Shown piece by piece: positions 11,908 through 22,012 of a DNA stretch of 64,000 nt; position 1 is the first letter of the stretch; each line of letters starts with the position of its first letter. Origin of the DNA: an uncultured Acidobacteriota bacterium. GTDB taxonomy: Bacteria > Acidobacteriota > Terriglobia > UBA7540. Location: NCBI GenBank assembly GCA_963804995.1, contig CAWDSK010000001.1, positions 288,001 to 352,000 of the forward strand, in the 5' to 3' direction. Position numbers and translations under genes: made by a program. Below the pieces are notes generated by a model, which saw nothing but the letters and a program-made list of their open reading frames with translations, was not told the origin of the DNA and did not search any database.

Positions 11908-12105
11908 TCAGTCCTGTTCGTGTCTGGCCTTTTTTCGAGCCCGTTTACGAGCCAAGGCCGCCTTGACTCTTCGCTTCTCTCCAGGTTTCAGATAGAAGGA
12001 ATGCTTTTTTATCTCTTTAATAATGTCTTCCTGCTGAACCTTTCGCTTGAAGCGCCGCAGCGCGTTTTCCAAAGACTCTCCGTCCTGAAGTCTAACTTCA
12101 GCCAA
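11908..12105 (-). CDS. rpsU: 30S ribosomal protein S21
   Basis: VRLQDGESLENALRRFKRKV...FYLKPGEKRR. Confidence 0.95.
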   Translation of the reverse strand: MAEVRLQDGESLENALRRFKRKVQQEDIIKEIKKHSFYLKPGEKRRVKAALARKRARKKARHEQD

Positions 12106-12322
12106 CCTATCTACACCCCCATTTCAATTTAAAGTATGAAGACCAGCACCTGAGAAGCAGGTGGCTGAATTGTTACCTATCAACTTGTCTAAGTCAAGGG
12201 CATTTTGGGAGAAATTGTCCCTGGGCGGGAGAAGCCGTGAAAAAATAGCATTCTCACCGCAGAGACGCTGAGGCGCAGAGAAAAGGACCTTTATTTTCAT
12301 TTCTCTGCGCCTCAGCGTCTGC

Positions 12323-12522
12323 GCTATGAAAATGCATGTGCCAAAGGCACCTTGGAGTGCGGCGGCTCAACGCCGCCTTGAATTTACGCCGAGGACGATG
12401 ACGAAGGCGGCGTCGAGCCGCCGCACTCCAAGGTGCTTCGCACATTTTCATGTACAGTGGCGAGCCGAAGTCTCATGGGAATCTGCGGTGAAAATTGCAT
12501 TTTTTCACACCTTCGGACGCCC
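12323..12522 (+). repeat. 200-bp nested palindromic repeat, inverted partner of 14122-14321
   Basis: Reverse complement of 14122-14321 with only one difference found by eye. Confidence 0.9.
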
Positions 12523-12632
12523 GTGCCACTTCAAAATGTGTCACCACCCCCCCGAGCGGGTTCTTGACCCTGTGGAACGCTTGTGTTACGGTCAGCATCC
12601 GAATTCATAACGCGCCCTCACCCGGCGGTCAA

Positions 12633-13262
12633 ATGGCCGAAATCCTCAAGCTGGAAAACGATTCTCTCGATTACGTTTTGGAATACACGGTCCAGCTCAT
12701 CCTGCGCGGAAAGGTGGTGGCTGTTCCCACGGATACCTTCTACGGTTTGAGCGCTGACCCTTTCAACCTGGCAGCCGTGAGTGAAATCTTTCGCATCAAG
12801 CGCCGCACCTCGGACCGGCCCCTGCCCCTGCTGGTAGATTCCATCGACCAGGCCGTGGATCTTGCCAATGATCCCCCCAAGTTGTTTTTCACGCTGGCAC
12901 AGAAATTCTGGCCGGGCCCTCTCACGCTGATTGTTCCTGCCTCACGACAAATTCCGCTCAAAGTAACTGCGAATACGGGCAAGGTCGGATTGCGCTGGCC
13001 CCTGGCGCCCTTTGCTGTCGCCCTGGTCGCCGCGGCGGGCTGCCCTCTGACCGGTACCAGCGCCAACGTCTCCGACATGCCCGCCTGCTCAACTGCTGAT
13101 GAGGTTGACTGCCAAATCGGCAACGTTGTGCCGCTCATCCTGGATGGAGGCTTGACCCGCGGCGGATTGGCTTCGACGGTTGTCGAATTGACGGGTGAAA
13201 CCGGCCACATCGTTCGGCATGGCGGCATTCTGGAGTCAGAGTTAAAGGAGTTTCTCGGCTGA
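12633..13262 (+). CDS. tsaC: Threonylcarbamoyl-AMP synthase (Sua5/YrdC family)
   Basis: VVAVPTDTFYGL, IKRR, FWPGPLTL, PLTGTSANVS, ASTVV. Confidence 0.92.
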   Translation: MAEILKLENDSLDYVLEYTVQLILRGKVVAVPTDTFYGLSADPFNLAAVSEIFRIKRRTSDRPLPLLVDSIDQAVDLANDPPKLFFTLAQKFWPGPLTLIVPASRQIPLKVTANTGKVGLRWPLAPFAVALVAAAGCPLTGTSANVSDMPACSTADEVDCQIGNVVPLILDGGLTRGGLASTVVELTGETGHIVRHGGILESELKEFLG

Positions 13263-13291
13263 TTTCTCGTCGCATCCGTTACGGATTTCTC

Positions 13292-13867
13292 GTGGCAGCA
13301 TTGCTCGGGCTCGCGGCTTGCGCCTGGGCGGAGTGGTCCCTTTACACGGCAATCCGCGCGCAGGCTGGAAGCGATGAGGCACAACCCGCCGACGCGCTGG
13401 TGATCTTTGGCGCTGCGGAATATAACGGCGCACCCTCACCCGTCCTCAAGGCTCGTCTCAACCACGCCCTGGAACTCGAAAACCGCAACTTGGCGCCGGT
13501 GGTCATCACCACCGGCGGGAGTGGAGGCGATCCGCACTTCACCGAAGGCGGAGTGGCCCGCGACTACCTGATCCAACAAGGCGTGGCCGAAGCGAAAATC
13601 CTATCCGAGACGCGCAGTGATACGACCTATGAAAGCGTGAAGGCCGTCGCGCAAATCCTGCGCCAGCGCGGCGCTCACACTTGCATCGCCGTCAGCGACG
13701 GCTTTCACCTCTATCGCATCAAGCTGATGTTCGCCGCCCTGGGAATCACGACGTACGGCTCTCCCGCCCCCGAGAGTCCCATCGAGGACGACCCCACGCT
13801 GCGCACACTCTACTCCCTCCGCGAGATGGTGGTCAGTTCACTTTGGCATGTGGGGTTGAGGCTGTGA
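13292..13867 (+). CDS. YdcF/DUF218 family protein
   Basis: ADALVIFGAA, LKARL, TTGG, SDTTYES, VSDGFHLYR, LRE motifs. Confidence 0.85.
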   Translation: MAALLGLAACAWAEWSLYTAIRAQAGSDEAQPADALVIFGAAEYNGAPSPVLKARLNHALELENRNLAPVVITTGGSGGDPHFTEGGVARDYLIQQGVAEAKILSETRSDTTYESVKAVAQILRQRGAHTCIAVSDGFHLYRIKLMFAALGITTYGSPAPESPIEDDPTLRTLYSLREMVVSSLWHVGLRL

Positions 13868-13880
13868 AACGGGGCTAGGA

Positions 13881-14020
13881 ATTGTCGATTGCCGATGGAC
13901 GATTTTCGATTGGCAAACCAAGACGAAAGAGCAGATTTACTGGGCTCGGGGCACGGGACACGGGGTACGGGATTCGTCAATCGACAATCGAAAATCGTCA
14001 ATTGTCAATCATCAATCAGC
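13881..14020. repeat. Inverted heptamer arrays (GATTGNC / AATCGNC, GGGCACG)
   Basis: TTGTCGATTGCCGATGGACGATTTTCGATTG ... CAATCGACAATCGAAAATCGTCAATTGTCAATC. Confidence 0.7.
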
Positions 14021-14038
14021 CTCGCGCTTTGCGCTTGC

Positions 14039-14534
14039 TAGAGCGGTTTTGATTTAAGTGCTTACATGTCCTGTGGGGCTAGCCGCGAGGACGTTGTTGC
14101 CGCGCGAAGATTTCGTGCCAGGGGCGTCCGAAGGTGTGAAAAAATGCAATTTTCACCGCAGATTCCCATGAGACTTCGGCTCGCCACTGTACATGAAAAT
14201 GTGCGAAGCACCTTGGAGTGCGGCGGCTCGACGCCGCCTTCGTCATCGTCCTCGGCGTAAATTCAAGGCGGCGTTGAGCCGCCGCACTCCAAGGTGCCTT
14301 TGGCACATTCATTTTCATAGCAGAGACGCTGAGACGCAGAGAAATGCCTCTTTGTTTTCAGACCTCTGCACCTTCGCGCCTCTGCGGTGAAAGTTATGCG
14401 GGGATTTTTTCACACCTTCTCCCCCCCCGTGCCCGAGCACGGCCGGGACCCCGATGCATCGGGGCTGGCTGGCCGTGGCACGTCTCTGGTTGCGGCTTCG
14501 CCACGTTGTATACACTTAAATCAAAGACGCTCTA
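14039..14534. mobile_element. MITE-like element with 28-bp terminal inverted repeats beginning TA (IS630-like ends), holding nested repeats
   Basis: TAGAGCGGTTTTGATTTAAGTGCTTACA (14039-14066) versus inverse of 14507-14534, TAGAGCGTCTTTGATTTAAGTGTATACA; 24/28 match. Confidence 0.7.
14122..14321 (-). repeat. 200-bp nested palindromic repeat, inverted partner of 12323-12522
   Basis: Reverse complement of 12323-12522. Confidence 0.9.
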
Positions 14535-14559
14535 AGGTCGTGGATTCTTCCGAAGCAAT

Positions 14560-15270
14560 AAGCGCACAAGTAACCCCTCATCCGGCCTCCTACGTCAGCC
14601 ACCTTCTTCCGCCACGGCGAATCTGCGACCCCTGGGGAGAAGGCTATTATCCTATGATGATTCCGGCCGGGAGAGGGTTATCCCGTAGCGCCGACCGGCC
14701 GAATTGTAGGACCGCTCTCTGCGCATGTCGAAGCGGCAAGATACATTGATTAACAGCCCTCTCCGGGGGGAGAGGGTGGACCGCAGCCGGCGTTTTCATC
14801 AGCCGGGGCGGGACGGGTGAGGGGTCACTTGCAGGGTTGGAGCGCAAGAAGAACAAAGAGAAAGCCCAACGCTCAACCCTCCGACCCTGAAGGGGTCGCA
14901 TTAGCCTCGGCCGCGGGATGCAGGTGTCAGGTGACGCCACCCGGAATCGACCCTTTCAGGGCGGACGTTGCCTGGGACCCGCTTTCCGGTAGGTCGCGCT
15001 ACGCTTGCTTCCTATGCCTCAAGCGCACAAGTAACCCCTCATCCGTCCTCCTACGTCAGCCACCTTCTCCCCTGGGGAGAAGGCTATTATCTAATGATGA
15101 TTCCGGCCGGGAGAGGGTTATACCGTTGCGCCGATCGGCCGAATTGCAGAACCGCTCTCTGCGCATGCCGAAGCGCCAAGTTACATTGATTAACAGCCCT
15201 CTCCGGGGGGAGAGGGTGGACCGCAGCCGGCGTTTTCATCAGCCGGGGCGGGACGGGTGAGGGGTCACTC
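14560..15270 (+). repeat. Two direct copies of a roughly 250-270 bp unit (about 14560-14830 and 15021-15270), each ending in a CCCTCTCC/GGAGAGGG palindrome
   Basis: Both start AAGCGCACAAGTAACCCCTCATCCG and end CAGCCGGGGCGGGACGGGTGAGGGGTCACT. Confidence 0.85.
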
Positions 15271-15377
15271 GCGGGTTTGGGGCGTATGAAGATTCTACGA
15301 GTTAGAAACTTAAAACCCCTAAGCCCTGCCCTTCCGCCACCCCCCTAAGAACATCGAAGCTTAGTGAGAAAGCCAGG

Positions 15378-16715
15378 TCACGGCCGCGAAATTTTGCCCA
15401 GCACCACGGCCCGGCGCGCGCCGGTCACAGAAGGCAGATTTCCGGGCAGGCCGTGCATGGTGCGGTCAGCGAGGACGGCGAAGGCGATGGCTTCCTTCGC
15501 ATCCACGGGCAGGCCGAAGGCATCGGAAAGCTGCACGCGCAGGCGGGGAAGCAGTTGGCCGAGGCGACTGACCAGCAGGTGATTGTGCGCTCCGCCGCCC
15601 GAAATGATGAGGCGGTGGATGGAGATTTTCCCAAGCACGAAGCGGTCCAGCGCGTCGGCGATCGTACGGGCGGTTAACTCCGTGGCGGTGCGGAGTAAAT
15701 CTTCCGGCCGCGCACCGCGCCGCTTGAGGAAGTATTGCTTGAGGAAGTGCTGGCCGAATTGTTCGCGCCCCGCACTCTTGGGCGGCTGCTGGGCAAAGAA
15801 GGGCAGGCGCAGCATCTCCGCCAACAGGGGTTCGAGCACTCGCCCTCGCCCTGCCCATCGTCCCCCGGCATCATAAGTCTTTTCACCCTTTGTGAAATAC
15901 CGGACGAGTCCATCGATAAGCATATTTCCGGGCCCCGTGTCGAAGCCAAAAACCTGTTCGGGCCTGGCGCCGGCGGGAATCACGGTGAAGTTGGCGATGC
16001 CGCCGATGTTGAGCGCCACCATCCCGCGCCGCGCGTCATGCAATAGGATGTAATCGACCAGCGGCACCAGCGGCGCGCCTTGCCCTCCCGCGGCCACGTC
16101 GGCGGTGCGAAAATCCGCCACCACCTGCGCGCCGGTGCGCTCCGCGATGACCGCCGCCTCACCAATTTGCAGCGTGTTGCGCATCAGGGAGAGGAACTCC
16201 GTAGCCTTGAACCGCTCCTGCACCATGGGCACGGACATCATGCTGAAGCCGACTCCATGCCTTTTGCTTCGCACCAGGTTCCGTGCCAGCCGGGTGGCCA
16301 CGGCTTTCAGCTCCACCTTGTGCTCTCTGGCAAATGCCATATAGCGCCGAGACATGGTGTATGAGGGCGCGCCACGGTGGAAAATCGTCTGGCCGTGTGA
16401 GCCGATGGCGAAAAGTTTCTTGGGTTGTACGTTCGCTTCGAGACAGAGCAGGAGGGCGGCCTCAGCGAAGGTGACGCCCAGAAAGGTATTGAGCTGGCTG
16501 ATTTCCTCGGCCGTGGTTGAATCTCCGCTGGCTACCGCGAGCAGCCTCTCGCGCGTCCAGTCGGGATAAGGATAGGTTTCAAAAGCCAGTAGGCGCACGC
16601 GCGGCTCGGTCGCCGGCCCTGAGATGCGCACCAGCGCCGCGTCGACGCCGTCCATCGACGTGCCGGAAAGCAATCCCACCACCAAGCGAGACCCGCGCGA
16701 CTGTTGTTCAGGCAA
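15378..16715 (-). CDS. anmK: Anhydro-N-acetylmuramic acid kinase (with in-frame insertion)
   Basis: GLLSGTSMDGVD, IGSHGQTIFH, DFRTADVAAGGQGAPL, LNIGGIAN, FDTGPGN, PKSAGRE, KEAIAFA. Confidence 0.95.
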   Translation of the reverse strand: MPEQQSRGSRLVVGLLSGTSMDGVDAALVRISGPATEPRVRLLAFETYPYPDWTRERLLAVASGDSTTAEEISQLNTFLGVTFAEAALLLCLEANVQPKKLFAIGSHGQTIFHRGAPSYTMSRRYMAFAREHKVELKAVATRLARNLVRSKRHGVGFSMMSVPMVQERFKATEFLSLMRNTLQIGEAAVIAERTGAQVVADFRTADVAAGGQGAPLVPLVDYILLHDARRGMVALNIGGIANFTVIPAGARPEQVFGFDTGPGNMLIDGLVRYFTKGEKTYDAGGRWAGRGRVLEPLLAEMLRLPFFAQQPPKSAGREQFGQHFLKQYFLKRRGARPEDLLRTATELTARTIADALDRFVLGKISIHRLIISGGGAHNHLLVSRLGQLLPRLRVQLSDAFGLPVDAKEAIAFAVLADRTMHGLPGNLPSVTGARRAVVLGKISRP

Positions 16716-16831
16716 TCTTCAGCTCCTCTGTAAGGTTCAGGCTCGATACTCCACTCATAAATTCGGCCCCAGGCGAATGCTAACCTAGCGTGGCGCTGGG
16801 CCGCAACCGAAGAAGGATTTCACCCAAGAAG

Positions 16832-16962
<131 letters not shown>

Positions 16963-16998
16963 TTTTCTTCGAGGTGTTACAAGAACTTCAGATTTCGA

Positions 16999-18259
16999 TC
17001 ATCGACCGGCGGAACTGAACTCCTCGAACCGCCGGACCAGCCGCTGCCAGTCGGTTTTGGAGAACTGACCACGCGCAGGACGCATTCCCATCTTGACGGC
17101 GTGAATCCGCTTGAGTGTTTGGTCCCAGCGCTCGCGCGGGAGCTTGCCGGATTCGAGCGCCGCTTCGATTCCCCGTTCCATCTCTTGCCACGACTCCTCT
17201 TTTTCAACCAGAAGCAGGTCGCATCCGGCGTTGACGGCCTGAGCCGCGGCACGGCCCAAATCCAGAACCCCTCTCACGGTCGGAGATTCTAGCTCCGGCG
17301 CGATGACCACTCCCCGGTAGCGGAGCTTGGTGCGGAGCAATCCTTCCACAACTTGCTTCGAGAGCGCCGCCGCGAGCGGGTAATCAAAGTCGTAGGCCTT
17401 GTACGCGGCGGTGCTCATCATGACCATGGGAAGCCGCTCCAACAGTTCGCGATAGGGAACCAGGTCGTAGGCCCAAAGCCCGGCCATCGACCGCCCGCTG
17501 ACCGGCAACTCGCTGCGGGGGGCGGGGTGAGAGGAGCTAGTGTGGTGTCCCGTGTAAGAGTTGACAATGGGTAGAACCCCCTCACCCGTCTGGCCTCGGC
17601 TGATGAGAACGCCTCGGCCAGCCACCCTCTCCCCCAAAGGGGCGAGGGCAAGAACATTAACTCTCCCCTCGCCCCTTTGGGGGAGAGGGGTTGGGGGGTG
17701 AGGGGGTCGGCCAGCCTTGTCAAATACTAACCGGGACACCACGCTGGCCAGCCCCGGGAAATGCTTCGCGCACGCCAGAATCTTGTGCCGTTCAAGACCT
17801 TCGACAAAAAACCATCCGCACTGAGCCACTTGCCTGGGATCCTCGCTGAAGGTGTGTGCGCTATGGGTTTCTTCCAATGTCAGGTCGAGCCCGGGCGCGA
17901 AGATGGTATTAAATCCGAGCAGCTTAAGTGCCTCACCGATCAGTTCGCCTGCTTGACGAGCAGCACGCTGACCCCTCGCTCCGATTTCGCGCGGCGAGGG
18001 CAGCGGAGGCAGCAAAGCGGAGAGCGGATTTGCACCGCCGCCCCCGGGATCAATGGCCAGGAACGGTGCGACCGGTAGGCTGGCAGAGATTCGATTGAGC
18101 AAATCGCGGAGTGCATCCGGCGAGTCAGGGAGTGGCCCCGCAATCAAAATGCCACCCGGAGCGAGAGTCTGAAGATGCCGCTCGAGAGGAACTCCAGCGC
18201 GGTCCGGCAAGCCGCAACATCAGCAGGTCGCCCGTAGGGTTCTGGGGTGGCGAATTCAT
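16999..18259 (-). CDS. Glycoside hydrolase family 3 N-terminal domain protein (NagZ-like, degenerate; frameshift near 18185)
   Basis: [52 protein letters not shown] 18259 overlaps the mutS stop; lies next to anmK. Confidence 0.75.
17575..17706. repeat. CCCTCTCCC-family palindromic repeat inside the GH3 coding frame
   Basis: CCCCCTCACCCG...CCCTCTCCCCCAAAGGGGCGAGGG...CCCTCGCCCCTTTGGGGGAGAGGG...GGGTGAGGGGG; homologous to intergenic 44231-44400. Confidence 0.88.
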
Positions 18260-20874
18260 GATTGAATCTGTTTTTTCAATTCCGCCAGAAGGTTCAATGC
18301 GTCAAGCGGCTTCAGGTTGTCGAGGTCCGCATTCTCGATCGCCTTCACCACCTCGGCGTTGAGCGGCGTGAAGATGGTGAGCTGCACCGGGCCGGTTTCA
18401 GGCGCGTCTTTGTGGGCGGCCAATCGTTCGCTCAGACTGTGCTCACTCTGCTCGTGGCGCGTCAGGATTTCGCGCGCCCGCTCGATGACCGTGTTAGGCA
18501 GGCCGGCCAGACGCGCCACTTCAATCCCATAACTCTTATCTGCGCTGCCCGGCTCGACTTTGCGCAGGAAAATGATATTCGATCCCGATTCCTTTACCGA
18601 CACGTGATAGTTCTTGACGCCGGGAAGCAACTCCGCCAGCTCCGTCAACTCGTGGTAGTGCGTCGCGAAAAGCGTTTTGGCGCGCGTGTGCGTCAGCAGG
18701 TACTCGACCACCGCCCAGGCAATCGAGAGGCCGTCAAAAGTCGCTGTGCCGCGCCCCACTTCGTCGAGCAGCACCAGGCTGCGTGGCGTGGCGGTATTTA
18801 AAATAGTGGCCGCCTCCGTCATCTCCACCATAAAAGTCGAGCGGCCGCGCGCCAGGTTGTCAGAGGCGCCGATGCGCGTGAAGATGCGGTCAAAGATGGG
18901 AAGCTTGGCGCGCGCGGCGGGCACAAAGCTGCCCATCTGCGCCATCAGTGCGATCTGCGCGGCCTGGCGCAAGTAGGTTGATTTGCCGCCCATGTTCGGC
19001 CCGGTAACGATCAGCAGCAGGTCGGCCTTGCCATTCATGTAAAGGTCGTTGGGAATGAACTTGCCGGCTTGGCCTTCCTCGACGATGCGCTCGATGACCG
19101 GGTGGCGCCCGTGCTGGATAACCAATTCGCCGTCGTCAGAAAATTCCGGGCGGCGGTATTCGCGCTCCGCGGCGAGGTGCGCGAAGCAGGCGAGCACGTC
19201 AAGCTCCGCCAGCACCGCGGCGGTCTGGCGAATGCGTGTTGCTTCTTGGGCCACCTGGCGGCGAACGTTGGCGAAGAGATCGCGTTCCAGCGCGTGGCTG
19301 CGCTCCTCCGCATCCAGGATTTTGGCTTCCAGCTCCTTCAGCTCCGGCGTCGTGAAGCGCTCTGCGTTGACCAGCGTCTGCTTGCGTTCGTAATCGGCGG
19401 GCGCCAGGTGCAGATTGGCTTTGGAGATTTCGATGTAATAGCCGAAGACGTTGTTGAAGCGCACCTTCAGCGAAGCAATGCCGGAGCGCTCACGCTCCCG
19501 GATTTCGATCTGGGCAAGCAAGCGCTTGGAGTTCTGACTGAGGTCGCGCAGTTCGTCGAGCTCGGCGTGGAAGCCCGGGCGAATCAAGCCGCCTTCGTTC
19601 AGGACCACGGGGGGCTCAGGATGAATCGACTTTTCCAGCAGCTCATAGACATCCGTCAACTCATCGAATTGCGAGTGCAGCACACCGATGCGAGGCGCCT
19701 GGAAATGCGTAAGGTAAGTTCGCAGGATGGGCAGCGGGCGGAGCGATTGCTTGAGTGCCAGGAGGTCTCGGGCGTTGGCGGTCTCGAGCGTGATCTTGCT
19801 GAGCAGTCGCTCCAGGTCTTGAATCGCGCCCAGCACGCGCCGCAACTCTTCGCGCGCAATGGTATTCTTCGCCAGCTCTTCCACCGCATCCAGGCGCGCG
19901 TTGAGCTCAGCCCGGTCAAGAGAAGGCCGCAGCATCCAGGCCTTGAGTTTGCGCGCTCCGAGCGACGTGGCGCAATCGTCGAGAACCCCGAGCAGTGTGG
20001 AAGCGCGCGATTCACCAAACGCCGGCTCCACCAGTTCCAGGTTGCGCAACGTGGCGGGATCAAGCAGCAGCGAGTCCTGCTGTTGATAGAAGCGGATGCC
20101 ATCCAGATGCGCCAGCGAGCCACGCTGCGTTTCACGCACGTAATGGAGAATGGCGCCCGCGGCAGCAACAGCCAGCGGATGGCCCTCCAACCCGTAGCCT
20201 GCCAGTGTCGCTACGCGGAAATGATCACGCAGCAGACGCGCGCCGTACTCCTCGGCGAACACCCATTCATCGAGCGGTGTTTGCGTGACGATGGAACTTG
20301 CTCCCGCGCGGCTCTCGAGCGGACTCGAAGCGCCTGAAGCGAGCAGCAGTTCGCTTGGCCGCATGCGATCAAGCTCATCTTCGAGGCGTGTCGTGGATTC
20401 TGCGCCGCTAAACTCTGTGGCGCGAAAGTCTCCGGTTGAGAGGTCCACCAGCGCCAGTCCTGCAGCACCGTCGCGCCGCAGCACGGCAGCCAGATAGTTG
20501 TTTTCACGCGGCTCGAGGACTTGCGAATCGATTAACGTCCCGGGCGTCACTACACGCGTCACTTCGCGCTTCACCAGCTTCTTCGCCACGCGCGGGTCTT
20601 CCATCTGATCGCAAATGGCCACGCGAAATCCACGCCGAATGAGCTTGGCGATGTAACCCTCGGCGGCGTGATAAGGCACTCCGCACATGGGGATCGCCAC
20701 GCCCTTTTCCTTGTTGCGGGAAGTGAGCGTGATTTGCAATTCCTTCGCAGCCACCACAGCGTCTTCAAAAAACAGTTCGTAGAAATCGCCCAGGCGGAAG
20801 AACAGCAGAGCGCTGGGGTGGCGCTGCTTGATGGCGCTGTATTGCCGCATGAGCGGTGTGGAGAATTCTTCCAT
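18256..20874 (-). CDS. mutS: DNA mismatch repair protein MutS
   Basis: [60 protein letters not shown]. Confidence 0.98.
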   Translation of the reverse strand: MEEFSTPLMRQYSAIKQRHPSALLFFRLGDFYELFFEDAVVAAKELQITLTSRNKEKGVAIPMCGVPYHAAEGYIAKLIRRGFRVAICDQMEDPRVAKKLVKREVTRVVTPGTLIDSQVLEPRENNYLAAVLRRDGAAGLALVDLSTGDFRATEFSGAESTTRLEDELDRMRPSELLLASGASSPLESRAGASSIVTQTPLDEWVFAEEYGARLLRDHFRVATLAGYGLEGHPLAVAAAGAILHYVRETQRGSLAHLDGIRFYQQQDSLLLDPATLRNLELVEPAFGESRASTLLGVLDDCATSLGARKLKAWMLRPSLDRAELNARLDAVEELAKNTIAREELRRVLGAIQDLERLLSKITLETANARDLLALKQSLRPLPILRTYLTHFQAPRIGVLHSQFDELTDVYELLEKSIHPEPPVVLNEGGLIRPGFHAELDELRDLSQNSKRLLAQIEIRERERSGIASLKVRFNNVFGYYIEISKANLHLAPADYERKQTLVNAERFTTPELKELEAKILDAEERSHALERDLFANVRRQVAQEATRIRQTAAVLAELDVLACFAHLAAEREYRRPEFSDDGELVIQHGRHPVIERIVEEGQAGKFIPNDLYMNGKADLLLIVTGPNMGGKSTYLRQAAQIALMAQMGSFVPAARAKLPIFDRIFTRIGASDNLARGRSTFMVEMTEAATILNTATPRSLVLLDEVGRGTATFDGLSIAWAVVEYLLTHTRAKTLFATHYHELTELAELLPGVKNYHVSVKESGSNIIFLRKVEPGSADKSYGIEVARLAGLPNTVIERAREILTRHEQSEHSLSERLAAHKDAPETGPVQLTIFTPLNAEVVKAIENADLDNLKPLDALNLLAELKKQIQS

Positions 20875-21367
20875 GGGTGTGGGGGACTTGCGCGTTCATT
20901 ATAGCCTGCTGGGTGAAGGAACTCGCAAGGGGGTTTTGGGGTAGTGGGGTTTTTGGTGGGACTACGGTCGCTACGCCCCTCGTGGCGCAATATCTGGGAC
21001 AAGGAATTTCCATAAACGGTAATTTTGTCTCTGGGTGACTAGAGGGTGAACTGGGACAAAGGGCACCGGTTTGGGGGTAAAATCGGACTTTTTAGCCCTC
21101 ACAGCAGCGGCGAATTGTCGGTTCAGTCGCCCCGGGGCGGTCGGGCTTTATGGCAGATATATCGGACAAAATGTCCTTGAATGGGTAGTAACCTGCCTTC
21201 AGAGACTTCTCCCGCTGGAGCGCCCATGCATTATCTATTATGGCTATGTATGGTTTTACCCATGGTGCACGCCTGGGCTCGGGTGGGGATTGCTGAAATA
21301 ATCACCGCAGCGCAAGCGGACCTAAACCAACAGTTCCTCGCGACACTTGCTCGCTGCGATTGTAGTC

Positions 21368-22012
21368 TCACTTCCAGCGAGCACTGTGTTCCTCCAATGC
21401 AATCCGGACGAGCTGGCTGCGGGTTCGCACGCCGGTTTTCTGGAAGAGTTGCTGCAGGGCAGCTTTCACCGAGCTCTCCGAGACATTGAGCCGCGCCCCA
21501 ATTTCCTTATTGCTCAGGCCCTCAAACACACCTTGCAACACTTGGCTCTCCCGTTCGGTGAAGGGCCGCGCCGGACCCGGTTTCCCTGGACGCTTGGCGG
21601 CCTCGACCAGCGCCTGGATGGAGCTCTCATCCAGCCAGGTCCCGCCCGCCATGACCTTGCGAATGGCCTGGGTGAGGACCAGCGGCGAACTGTGTTTGAG
21701 GAAGATTCCGCTGACGCCCAGACCGAGGGCCTGCACGGATTCCGCCTCACTCATCCCCGCCGTGACCATGAGGAATCGCCCCAAAAAGCCGCACTGCCGG
21801 GCCTGGATAATGAACTCAAAGCCGCGCTCCTTGCCGAGATCATAGTCCAGCAAGACGAGATCAATGGGTTTCTGGCGCAGGATATTGGTGGCTTCACCGA
21901 CCGATGCGCAACAAGCGGCCATCTCAAAATCTGGCTCACCCTCCAACAGCCGGCTGAGCCCCTCGCGGAAGAGAGCGTGATCGTCCAGCAAAAGGATCCT
22001 GATTTTATCCAT
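21368..22012 (-). CDS. NarL/FixJ-family response regulator
   Basis: ILLLDDHALFREG receiver domain; TERESQVL...GLSNKEIG LuxR-type HTH. Confidence 0.93.
   Translation of the reverse strand: MDKIRILLLDDHALFREGLSRLLEGEPDFEMAACCASVGEATNILRQKPIDLVLLDYDLGKERGFEFIIQARQCGFLGRFLMVTAGMSEAESVQALGLGVSGIFLKHSSPLVLTQAIRKVMAGGTWLDESSIQALVEAAKRPGKPGPARPFTERESQVLQGVFEGLSNKEIGARLNVSESSVKAALQQLFQKTGVRTRSQLVRIALEEHSARWK

Noticed and set aside
12254..14390. Duplicated small ORFs MKMCEAPW... and MKM(H/N)VPKAPW...
   Set aside because: Translations of the palindromic repeats; no RBS or domain evidence.
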